DNA of 64,000 bases. It comes from Ylistrum balloti (Eukaryota). Where the stretch lies: NCBI RefSeq assembly GCF_031769215.1, contig NW_026782188.1, forward strand, positions 1,240,001-1,304,000, in the 5' to 3' direction. Positions within the stretch are counted from its first letter, which is position 1. Every line of letters starts with the position of its first letter. The translations under genes were made by a program, and so were the position numbers. Below are positions 13,401 to 25,200 of this stretch, in pieces. The notes beneath the pieces were generated by a model. That model was given only the letters and a program-made list of their open reading frames with translations, had not been told where the DNA came from and searched no databases.

Positions 13401-14299
13401 GACCAAAAAGAAATATATTTTTTGATGTCTGATAAATGCAACTGAAAGCAATAAATGATTAGAATAATTTGTCTGGTTTTCAGAAATAAACAGGTGGTAA
13501 TGTTATAGTCAGAATAGAAAACTCGTGTTTTCATCAAAACGCCCGACTGTAAATCCCTCAATTATTCGTAAGTAGTCTGGGTTGATCGTCGGTCACCCTT
13601 ATGATTGGATGACAATATATGCTGAATCCCTTGTACAACACCTGCAATACAAGTTACAAGCTTAAATGAAAAACGAGTGTTTCGCCCACATTGAGTCAGA
13701 GATCTGACCAAGATTTTTGTCAATGAAATATAGGAATATATCAATTTGGTTAAAAGTGATGATTTTATCGCTTATATAACGAGACATTATAGCCATTGGT
13801 TTGCTTTAGTGGTGATACGCTTACCCATAGTTTCACAGTAAATGGTGAATAACGTGTTACATGCTAGTTTGTCGTCCTAATTAGAATCCTCTGATCTTCC
13901 ACTAACTTTTAGGGCTGTAGGATTATCATAATTGGTTAAATGGTTGTGGGTACCAATTACTATACTTGTCAAATTAGGCTTAAAGTACACAGTTGTAAAC
14001 AGAACATGCTCACTCAACAAAATGTAATACATTTTCAAAAGAAGAAAATTGGACTTGTAAATTGAACGTGACGTTAATTCTCAATATTTTAGGCTTTGGT
14101 GTGAGTATTTCATCTCAAGTTAATTACTGTACGGTATATATATCAATAAACTACACCTGCGATGTGCTGCAAACACCCAAAAGTGTAAAAATGATTCTGG
14201 TCTGACATTCTTCATTCAAACATCTTTTAAAACAAGAGTATACATGTTTCCCTACCTATATATAATAACAGGAAAAAATGCTTATTTAAGGACAGTCTC

Positions 14300-15250
14300 A
14301 CGGAATATCAAAGTCATGAGAGCTTGTGATTGTTGGAACTGATTTGTCTAATTGATCCTGTTTAATTTCCGTGGAATTCTATTCATCCCTTATTTTGTTT
14401 CAAAACCTTCTTCACAGTGGCGAACGCCCAACTAGATGCCAAAAGTGAAGCAGTGTAAATGGAAACAGAAGATAAATGATTTAATTTATAATTCAGTTTC
14501 CTGTTATGAAAATGTAACAGTGGCAGTGGGTGTTATTCTTAAACCAAACTGCATGATAACTAAAATACTTCTAAAAGGATGAAAGAAGAGGACAGTGTTA
14601 AGGAAAACAAGAAAAATCCAACAAATTACGATTGCCTAAGGAAGTAGAATACTTTCCATTGCAATCATTACAACGATGGTAATATATTTATTTCTTTCTG
14701 TCAGCAGTTTTATCACGAAAATGGACAGAAACAACTGGTAATCGAGAAACTGTTACAGAGAGTGAGAAAGGAATATTCTTAACGTACGAAAAACAAAATT
14801 CAGTCTGGTAAATACCTGACCCAATTATTGTTATTTGTTTAAGTAAAGCTGAATTAGATGTAAAAGAGTTGAATCTGAAGTCTATTACGGATGATTTATT
14901 TAATTAGTCTCCTCTTTGAAGGCGATAAAAAGGTAGTCAATGCAGTGAAGTCTGTTTGTTCCCATGGTTATGTAAATTGGATCAGGGAAACACCTGTTGA
15001 TAGATGCGGTTAGAAATAATCATTCAACTATACTTTTCAATGGCTTGCAATGGTACTGTAGGTCGGAAACAATGCATTTACGTACATGGGAAAATAGACA
15101 CTCCATGCGTGCTTTATTTCAAAACAATACCTTGTTAACTAGAACTGAAAAATATTTAAACATCAATATTGAAGATTTTTTTGAAATTACACAATATTTT
15201 TTTAAAACTGTGGTTTCAGTCGTAGCTCTATTTCTTCTAGCTTATATGCC
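14300..15250 (+). mobile_element. Highly decayed non-LTR retrotransposon reverse-transcriptase remnant
   Basis: Broken frames give ENKKNPTNY (cf. DPxNYRGISL), ISLLFEGD (cf. LLFADD) and TEKYLNI (cf. YKYLG) in the expected order, with many stops. Confidence 0.35.
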
Positions 15251-18200
15251 AATGACCTAAATCAAAACTAGGAAGGTGACAAGGTGCGTTCGTGACTAGT
15301 CAACGACATACCAAATAAATATTTGAGTTATTATGTTACAAGGCCTTGTATCTAAACCAAATTATCGGGGGATAAAGTGTGAACCACATTACACCGGATA
15401 TGGTAAGGACATGAACTGAGGAACAAATCACTCCTAATAAGCTCCATTCTGAGGGTCAATGCGATTCCTGTATGTGTAATAACGGTCAGGGTTTGCGGCT
15501 ACACACGGCCGCAATGTCCCCAGTGGTCACTGGTAACGCTTGATTGAACAACACTAAGTTTTAGTGGGATTCTCTGACCACTGCTATAATACACATGCAA
15601 TGACTGCCCACCAACAACGCAATTCAAACTAAACGATTCGAGCAATCATACCTGAATGTCGAGTTCTTGTTAGTGCAGTCTAAAAGATTTTAATGTCCGG
15701 GACTTCAGCTCGCTCGACTTTGCCGTTTTCCAATTTTTTTATTTCGATTTCGAATTGTGATGATTGAGCATGCGTTATAATTCTGAGAACTGGTCACTTT
15801 TACTTTCGAGCCGACTCCGTCCCGTTTTCAAATGGAATTCTCTAAACATTCTTTTATCTAACCGAAAGCCGGTAAGCATGTCAAATTGTTCGTGCGTGGA
15901 AATAATTCATACTTTCATATAAAATCAAACAGCATTCGACTGTCGACAAAGATTGTAGCAATGTACAGTAAACGACACTTAACACGAAATTCGTACTGAC
16001 ATGTGCTCGTGTTGCTATTGTAAATGTCATTTTAATCAATTCGATGTGAAACGGTTTACACCAAATATCATGAAATGTTGCGACCAAGCTGATAGAAAAT
16101 ACAAAAACATTGACACAATATTTGAAAATTACATTGGTATTCCCGGATTGTTGTTTTTCCCCTAAAATCTTTTCATTCATATGTGTATTGGAATTCTTAG
16201 ATGGTTTTATATCTAGTATACTATAACAGATAATCACGTGAAAAGCAAAATACACAAAATCTTGATAAACACAAAAAAATCACGAATATTGATAACATGA
16301 GTACTTGTATGCATAACGGTCCATTGCCCTTGATTGGATGATATAGATTGACTTTAGTAAGAGAAAACATGAGATAGCCGAACAACCGAGACAAGAACCT
16401 TGGCGTACAAATAAGCATCGAATAAGACTTACTTAATACATTATAGCATAAGGACAAGGAGTTTAGCTATAGATGGGATCATGGCGACAACTGTAACAAG
16501 TACATAACTTGGTTAAATTGCAATGTATTATTTCTACTACATCACCTTGCAGTTTATTATCATCATCTACTGGGTATTTATGCACTATTTACATTGATTT
16601 ACACACATGCAAAATTATAGATTATGTAGACACAGTTCCCAATAATTCTCAACGGATTTCTGGCATAATCAACATGATACCGTTATAGAAACACCGAACC
16701 ACAAGGCATCTTGTTCCTATGATCAATTCACGTCTACTCGTACGCCTTAAACAACGAAACGGCCGAGTATTTAGAAGGATCACGGTAAGTTCATAGGGAA
16801 ACGTCATTTAAAAGTCTTCTATTCATCCGAGCATTATCCATTGAACATTGAGGCACGAACTCATTTATACTGAGCAGTAACGCTGACTTGTTTTGACACT
16901 TGTTAAAAGTGCTCATGTACTTATCTTGCGAAAACCCCGTTGTTTATCATTTTAACATTTTCATTAAAACGCATTCTGCGTGATTGCATACAAAATAATG
17001 TAGGATATCTCGTCATCTGAAAACGGAATGAAAAAAGCCGCCATATTAACATTGGATATATTCATTTCCGATTGAAAGACAATTACATAACATAACTCTT
17101 TCTTCTATGTGAATGAAATTTATCGAATGCAGTGTCCTGATCGATATACAGTCATGCGTGCCTGTATATACTGATGAAAGGAATGACCAGAATTCTTGTT
17201 GTTGTTGTGTCTTAAAGAATCCATTTTAAATTTGGTTAGTAATCCCGATTGATTTTGTTTAAACATTCCACACGAAAACAGGGAAGTCAAATGACAATTC
17301 ATCCATTTTCAAAGAGGAAACATGACTCAATGCCACATGTATATGTCGAACAAGAAATCTGCAATGCGGACCAATAATACGTCCATTCCACAGAGAAATA
17401 AATACAAATCTGGAAACGAAACATTGTCAAATGTCTCTGAGAAATCATAATTCACTCAGTGAAACTTATTCATGGATACTGAATCAGGAAAGTTGGCATT
17501 TTGCTTTCTTCTTTTTTTTTTTTTTTAATTCGGCAGACAATTGTAATAACAGTAGTCTTTTATTTGTCATTGACTCAACCGTTTCGTCGCTCAAGCGAGG
17601 CATTCCTTCCAACTAGGTATTATATATCACCTTTTGGTGATATATGTATTGTGTCTGTATTGCTCATCGAGACGCACCGAAATGTAAGTAAATCACCAAA
17701 CGTCTGTCACTAGAAGCCGTAATATACGTGTACTTTCCTAATATAATTTAAAATGTGAGGTTAGCTGTCACTTTCCACTCTGAATCAGTTAGATCCATTG
17801 TCTGGTCAAAGCAGGACTAATCACAATATTACTGAGCTTCATTCCAATGTACGGCCGTTATAGCCGATTCTCAGCGCCATAAATATGGCGGCCGACCAGA
17901 GTACACCACTCGGAATTAAATACTCCAGACAAGAACAATTTCAGCCTTTTTAATATGTCACGTCTTTGTGGTTACGACTCTATGACTTCATGGGGTTACT
18001 TAGAGTTGCATCAACAAGTACAATTCTATTGGAATCTTCTATCGGTCTGTTTCACTAATGAAAGAGGTATGGAGTGCAGAGCACCAATTTCACTTCATCG
18101 CCTTCTTTGATCTAAAATTGCACAAAAGGCAACTAATGAATTGAACTGAATCATACATCTGTTTCCTCCTTCTAGTACACGTCAGTGATGATAAGGCTTT

Positions 18201-19520
18201 AATTTTGAGGAGGCGACTGAGGCAAAACAACACAAATTTGTCAAACTTTCGATACAGAGATTCGCTAGCCTAAAAATACAAATAATTTCATCAGCTAATA
18301 ATTTCATATTATATCATATACTGAACCGTGTGTATAGTCAGTGTGTATATTAATTACAACATGGCATGAGGGTTATCACAAACGTTAGGGGACTTAAAAG
18401 TCCACCAGTGACGTCATCAATTTACGAGCATTCATCTGTCACCATAAAAATACTTGATAGGAAAATATATTGTGTAATATGAAGTTAACGGTGTTTGGTG
18501 CTCGTTAATATGCATGGTGGTTTCGTTGTTGTTCATTTAGGAACTTTTATCCTCACGATATATCAGTCTTAAGGTCATTGAACTTGTTTCAGGACTATCT
18601 ATGTAAATCGTCCTTTTGTTCATATTTCGCCCACGATTTACATTTGAATGTAGATGCTTTTAACATTTCGGTATTTTTGTTTTTGGATGCTAAATAACGC
18701 CCCCACACAAGCCAATTCTATCATTCACACCGTTGTACACCACGAGAACTGGAACGTGCTTTATCAATCCAACAAAAGTGGTTTGTTACCTTTGTATGGA
18801 TATATCTTACATGTGCCTGCATCACAATAGTAAGAGAAGTCTCTAAAGACTGATACTATTAATAATACTGGTAGCATTGCTATTTTTTTCAAATCTATGT
18901 GTATGTACAGTTCATCGGGCTGTTTACAACACCGAGAGGTAATATTTTTAACTGTTGACAGTTACATGAATTATCCAAAACAATCAGTTATTGACCAATT
19001 ATGCTAAGAATTAGACTTCTCTACCTGTACGGTAAGCTATACCTAGAATAAGATTACATCGCGGTCAAAAAGACGCTTTTTAGAAATCGTTTGAACGCTT
19101 GGGCGCTATATCGGCTTGACACGATTTGATATACCAGTTTCTACGGAAATAAGAGAAACAATTTTTAATTTACATTCTGGTAAAGTAGTTATTTAATCAT
19201 GATGACAGAAATGGGTTAGGTTTTCATAAACTGGTCACTATTTAATCATTAGACAGAGTAGATTGCTGACTGTAAATCTGCTATCATCCGGAGAAACTTC
19301 AAAGCAATTCTTATTTAAAGTGTACCTAGATTACGGTATAGTATTAATTAATATTAATTATGTTTCCTTTCTTATTAAAAAAATCGGAAACCCGGTCAAA
19401 ATTTGTCGCTTAGTTTTTGAGATATTTGTCGTTAAATTCACCGTTCGGAACCGGTTTGCACCTGTCGATGGAGGCTAATTAACACACTTCCCAACTTCCG
19501 GTTAACAGACCGGAAAATCC

Positions 19521-19540
19521 CGTGACGTCACAAGGGTAGC
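19521..19540 (+). promoter_or_regulatory. Left copy of a 20-bp subterminal inverted motif containing the CRE palindrome TGACGTCA
   Basis: CGTGACGTCACAAGGGTAGC; its exact reverse complement is at 23489-23508. Confidence 0.7.
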
Positions 19541-19560
19541 GCTTGGTCTAAGAAATGATA

Positions 19561-20944
19561 ATGTCGGACAGTGATAACAGCGAGTGCGAGTGGTTCGAAG
19601 ACTCAAACAATTCGGAAGAATGCAGCCTGAATTTAAGCTTTGAATCTTCTGATTACGACACGGAGGTTATAGAGAGACAAGCTGGTATTCAACCATACCA
19701 ATTTGAACCCGAGGTAGATGGTGAAAGCAGTCCATCTTCACCTGCGTCGTCTACACGTAGCGATGATAATGCTGATCGCCTGGGATCCTTAGACTGGTAT
19801 GTTCAGAGATGTTAGCTTTCACGTATGATTATTTTTTTTCCAGGAATTTTCCCTTTTCAAAATGCATCGTGCATGTTAACAAATGCGGATTTTCAGGATT
19901 TTTTCTCCACTTGCTCAACCTCACAAGTCCGACTTTGTCGAGATAATAACAGCCAATGCCTTTTTTTTGCATTTACAAATATTTGACTTTTACATAATAC
20001 CCACCCCTAAATATTTTGTGTTACATAAATTAATGTGCATAGCATTTCTTTTTACAAAGGAGAACATTTCCTGGAAACAAAGTGTATTCTTTTGCTATGT
20101 CAAATGGTACTTGTATGTACTATAAAGTGTTGAATAGAAAACTTCTAACAAGACATTTTAAAGGTATTTTCACACCAACATACTAGTGAATTATGTATAA
20201 AACACAGAAAATTTTATATGTTACAGGTGTCTTTGCGGTAACTGCAGTCTTATGCCTACCATTGAGGAGTGCAGGTGCTGTAGTGAGATACACAGTGTAC
20301 TGAACACAAAAGACGACATACCAGGGATACAGTGCATAACAGACCATCCTGGATTTGGGCCAGTCTGTTTGGATATTTATGTGCTGAGAACATCTTATTT
20401 CCAGTACAGACAACTTCATGGAGAGATACCAGAATGCCCTGAGTAAGTTATGATGTTTATCTACAGCATCAAATTTATTATTATAAAACTTGAAACATAA
20501 TAAAATAATTCATTTGTTAAGAAGATATTTTAAAAATGATGTTACAAACTTGTCTATCAAGTTACAGGTCTAAAATACTGCAAAAGAACCAATAACCAGA
20601 CAAGATAAAATAGATTTTCAATAATAAGTCAACATTTCTGAAAATCTGGTTTGGAATTGTTACACATATGTATTGTAGAGTTACTTGTGTTTACCATAAT
20701 TCACTAGTGCTTGCATCCTCCGCAGATTAATGGCAAACTTGGCATTAACAATGATTACAGAATATATTTTTCTTGTTTTATCAGGAGATACCGCTATACA
20801 GCATACAGACAATTTGTGAGATGGTGTTGGGGGTACTTGGGAAAAAGCATAAGAGTGCCATTACCTGCGTGTGCTGTGAAGATTATTAGAGAAACATTTC
20901 CTGCACCAAATGGAAATTTTAAAGGTTTTAATTTTGTGCATTAA
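19561..20944 (+). CDS. KolX-like Cys-rich protein similar to the P2X7 C-terminal ballast / Zn-coordinating cysteine domain; 3 exons, 203 aa, intact
   Basis: Exons 19561-19796, 20227-20442 and 20785-20944 total 612 nt, all GT-AG with phases 2/2; an alternative in-frame ATG lies at 19555. Protein has an acidic N-terminus with PYQFEP, then DW-CLCGNCSLMPTIEECRCCSEI, CITDHPGFGPVCLDIYVL and RYRYTAYRQFVRWCWGYLGKSIRVPLPACAVKIIRETFP. Confidence 0.88.
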
Positions 20945-21300
20945 AAATATGTGTTGAAAACATTAAAAGAATGACATGAAACAATAAAATTATAATTGAT
21001 ATCTGATTGTTGTTTTTTATTCATATATACAATTGAAACTGTAATAGGATCTGTAAGTCTCGTCATGTGACCTACTAGAACATACCTCTTAACTTGAACA
21101 ATCATAACTATGAAAACGGAGGATTACCAGTAGGTACGTTTTTAAAAACTCCTTGGGAAATGTGCATTTTGTCGAAATTGAAAATACTTTTCTTCTATAA
21201 GACTACTACCTAAAACGTCAGTTGGTACACAGAAGTAAAGTAAAACAGACTTGCAGACCATATTAAAAAACAGATGAAAATTCATGTACATGTATGTATT

Positions 21301-23304
21301 TTAAATGTTCATGTTAAATCTTGATTCCATCAATGCGACAGCTTCCATTTTTACAGGTCTGACAAAATCACTACAGAGTGGTGGGGGTTGGTCTTTAAGT
21401 AGCATATCCTCCACTTGCATCGTACTTTTTTCTGCCACTTGTAGCACTTCTGCCATCAGTTCATGTACATAGTCTGTAAGATAAAAAGTACATATACAAG
21501 TACACTGGTTTTATTATTTTTTCCAATCACTATTACACAAAATCTGACACTATTGCTAGTAAAGACTTTAAATGTTTTGTATACATGGACATATTTTCCT
21601 GCAACTAAAATGCAAGTTGTTAATTGAAGAATCATGTACTGCAATATATAGAATACTGAACCTAACCTAAAATATTGAACTCGTCTTCATATGCAACATA
21701 ATACTTACCAAATGTTTGTTTTGTTTTGACTTTTCTGACAGTGTATCCACCTTTCTTCTGTTTAGGGTAGATTATCTTAAACATTTTCTCCCCAGCAGAT
21801 GTCATGGCTTGTTCTCTTCTCACATTTTCATTGTGGTGAAGTGCAGCTAGAATCACCCTATTCAAAGAGATGCAACAATATTTAAACTTTCCTGATTAAG
21901 TATCATCAATATCTTAAGAATTAAGACTGGCTGCCTAAATCTTTTACATACTCATTTTAACATATCTTACATCTAGCTACAACACTAAATCTCTTTTAAC
22001 ATTGCAATATTCACCACAGGAGTTTTGAGACAGGTAGACTACTAGTGAATAATGATATTTCCACAACCTGTTGATGATGTTAGATCTTGAGACAGATATA
22101 CATATACGATCAACTTGTCTGTACAAATTGATGTCTAAAGAAATAATAGTCTTATGAGAATCATGTGATCATATACCTGCACAACATTCCATTGAATGAA
22201 AAGCCATGTATTTTAGGGGCAAACTGGTTAACTGTTGAGTGGTACCCTTCTAGTTCTGAAGTTTGGTGATGTGTTGATAGCATGGGAATGTCCTTTTTCA
22301 TTTGTGGTGATGTCAACATCAGTTCTAGCTTCTCCATTACTTTACTCTCTGAAAAGTGAAAGTGAGGATTTCAAATGATGAAGTAAAAATATAATATGGG
22401 ATCATAAGGAATTTAGAACACGAATATTAATTCCATGCTAAGAACAAGAAACTAAAGATACCATTTTCCTGGATGTGCTTTTCATTCAGGTGAAAAATGT
22501 CATTGCTAAAGAAATTAGGCACTTAAAATGTTTTTAAGCAAGTGATAAATGTCATTCGTAATTTAGTTATGATTTGAATTATTGATACGTCACCAATTTC
22601 GAACCAAATGAATAAGTAAGCAAGTTAAAGGTAGGATACACAATAATTGAGTCAATGCCATAACAGGAAAAATACCTGGTTTTATCCATTTCTTCTTCCT
22701 TTCCTGTGTTCTCAAGTCATCATGCAGACAGCAAGGAAACAGATCTGAAGATACCTCGCATACACTGAAACATTTACTGGGAAAAGGTTTATTAAATGCT
22801 TAATAGGAGTATTGTCCACTAAGGAAGGCTGCATTACTCATTACCTTTTCTACTCAGATACTACTATAACTTATATGATATACATAGGCCCTAGATCTTC
22901 ATGTATTATGTAATAATTACCCTTCTGTTCTCTCTTTTTGCGAAAGCAGTCCGTGGTCTTTTGACAGGCGTTTCCTCTACGTTGGTGCAGCCTTTGTTAA
23001 TCGTTGGCACAGCATCTTTTATTAGCGTTTTCTTTTTCGGTGGTGTACGTCCCATTGATTGAAGAAATCTGTACTGCATCGGGTAGCAGTCCTCACCGAA
23101 ATGTTCCGAACACAAAACTGAATGTTTTGTTGGCCCGTCCCACAAATCCCTTTTCCTCCGCACAAATGCAGTCCAAACTTTGCATATTTCCGGTCTGTCT
23201 AATGGGAAAAAATGAAGTGAAACACCGTCTAAAGTGGTGTTTCCACATCCATACGCTACACATCTCTTCCCACGTGAACGTTTGTTGGTCGGAGTCGCTT
23301 CCAT
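21301..23304 (-). pseudogene. Kolobok transposase gene with internal deletion; THAP exon and four C-terminal exons retained
   Basis: Exon 22921-23304 is a THAP domain (CVAYGC...LHFFP...W...LCSEHF...DAVPTI). Exons 22676-22764 (DLFPCCLHDDL...KKKWIKP), 22177-22348 (QTSELEGYHSTVNQFAPK), 21709-21857 (VILAALHHNEN...PKQKKGG) and 21301-21473 (PPPLCSDFVRPVKMEAVALMESRF) splice in frame with each other. The THAP exon ends in phase 0 and the next exon needs phase 2; only 156 bp separate them. Confidence 0.85.
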
Positions 23305-23488
23305 AGTTAAGCTAATACTTCGAATTTCGCACGTTTTGAATAAAAATAAATATCACTTGATACGCACAAATATGGTAGGATATAAATACAGGACGAGAAG
23401 TATGAAGATTAAACAACCAAACGTCTGTTTCACATATTTTCGACAGTCTACACGCGAAAGTTACCTGGCATGGCGGGTCGTCCCAAAT

Positions 23489-23508
23489 GCTACCCTTGTG
23501 ACGTCACG
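23489..23508 (-). promoter_or_regulatory. Right copy of the 20-bp subterminal inverted motif
   Basis: GCTACCCTTGTGACGTCACG, the exact reverse complement of 19521-19540. Confidence 0.7.
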
Positions 23509-24514
23509 AGCAAATAGAGCCTCGATTTGATGTGAGAGCGGTTTATTCAAAGGTATGTTTTTCGGTTTTTGCCGTAAAGCATAAAAACTATAAAACTGAA
23601 ATGATTTTTTTATATATATTTATGAACGTCTATATACATACCAATTAACAACTATAAATAAACATGTAATCTAGGTACACTTTAAGTTGGTTAAAAGGTG
23701 ACCAGCTAGACACAATGGACTGGTCATCGTTAGCATGGATACACGTGATTCTGATAAACAAATCCATTTGTTCACCACAGCAACAGATACCTGTGCAACA
23801 CTTTAATTCACCAACATATTGGCACAATCCGACATCACAGCCATGATCTTTGGTATGTTGATCACTTTTTAACACGAGATATGTCGACCTGGTGAATGCA
23901 GGGCAGATCGAAGTAGAATTTGGAATTCTGTTGTGCAAAATTTAACGTCCTGAATATACATATAAATCTGCCTCATGACCATTAACACCAGAGGAAACAA
24001 CCTGTGACAGAGGTGGTGTATTTCCCTAGGTGATGGCTTACATTGTATGAAATGTTCTGCTGCCAATTAGTCCAGTCACATTTATCTCCCAAGGCGTGAC
24101 ATTTACTTTGATAGCAGATATTAATATTTTCGAGTAACTTTTAGAGCAACACATTGATCACGTGACAATTATATATCAGACACACATAAAACATTCTTAT
24201 AATTAATGTCAAGAATTACTGACGCTACAAGAAGTTAACGGTAGACCAGACATCTGCCTGGAAGGTCAGCGGGATTTATTGGTTTTGTCGTATTAGGTAC
24301 GTCGTCATCAGAACAGCCATTGTTTCAGTTTATTGTATTGAAAAAAGATGACGCAAAATACTTCATAAATTTTATTCTTAGGTTTGCATAAGTTAAAAAC
24401 TACATTGGCATGAAATATGTTTGCTGAGAAACATACCAGTATTGTACATCTGTAACAGTAGATCGCGTGATCAAGGTTGGGGTCAGAGAGTCGGGTTCAA
24501 TATTTAAGGGAAAG

Positions 24515-25200
24515 CTGCAGATAACCCGAGTTACAGATAGTGGGGTCCAACACACAGAGAATTGGTGAATTAACCCCTGTCCCTCATTCCCTACACAGAT
24601 ACAGAGACTGAGTTAGAGATAGTGGGGTCAAATACAGAGAAGAGGTGAAGTTAACCCCTGTCCTTATTCTCTAGACAGATGGAGACTGAGTTAGAGATAG
24701 TGGGGTCCAATACACAGAGAAGAGGTGAAGTTAACTGAGTTAGAGATAGTGGGGTCCAATACACAGAGAAGATGTGAAGTTAACCCCTGTCCTTATTCTC
24801 TAGACAGATGGAGACTGAATTAGAGATAGTGGGGTCCAATACACAGAGAAGATGTGAAGTTAACCCCTGTCCTTATTCTCTAGACAGATGGAGACTGAGT
24901 TAGAGATAGTGGGGTCAAATACACAGAGAATAGGTGAAGTTAACCTCTGTCCCTCTTTCCCTAGGCAGATGGAAACTGAGTTAGAGATAGTGGGGTCCAA
25001 TACACAGAGAAGAGGTGAAGTTAACCCCTGTCCCTCTTTCCCTAGGCAGATGGAAACTGAGTTAGAGATAGTGGGGTCCAATACACAGAGAAGAGGTGAA
25101 GTTAACTCCTGTCCCTACTCCCTCAGTACAGATCTCCAAGTAGATCCACAGAGACAAGAGGTCCAAAACACTGGAAACAGGGTAATTTTACCCCTGTCCC
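24515..25200. repeat. 78-81-bp minisatellite downstream of FAM98
   Basis: Unit atggagactgagttagagatagtggggtccaatacacagagaagaggtgaagttaacccctgtcc...; anchors at 24888/24969 (81 bp) and 24611/24689 (78 bp). Confidence 0.95.

Larger units (their letters stand above)
19319..23681. mobile_element. Kolobok-superfamily DNA transposon, 4363 bp, both ends intact, non-autonomous
   Basis: Perfect 16-bp TIRs AGTGTACCTAGATTAC (19319-19334) and GTAATCTAGGTACACT (23666-23681), with TTAA on both sides (19315-19318, 23682-23685). RR termini, TTAA TSD, a THAP transposase and a convergent Cys-rich second gene match the Kolobok definition. Confidence 0.92.
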
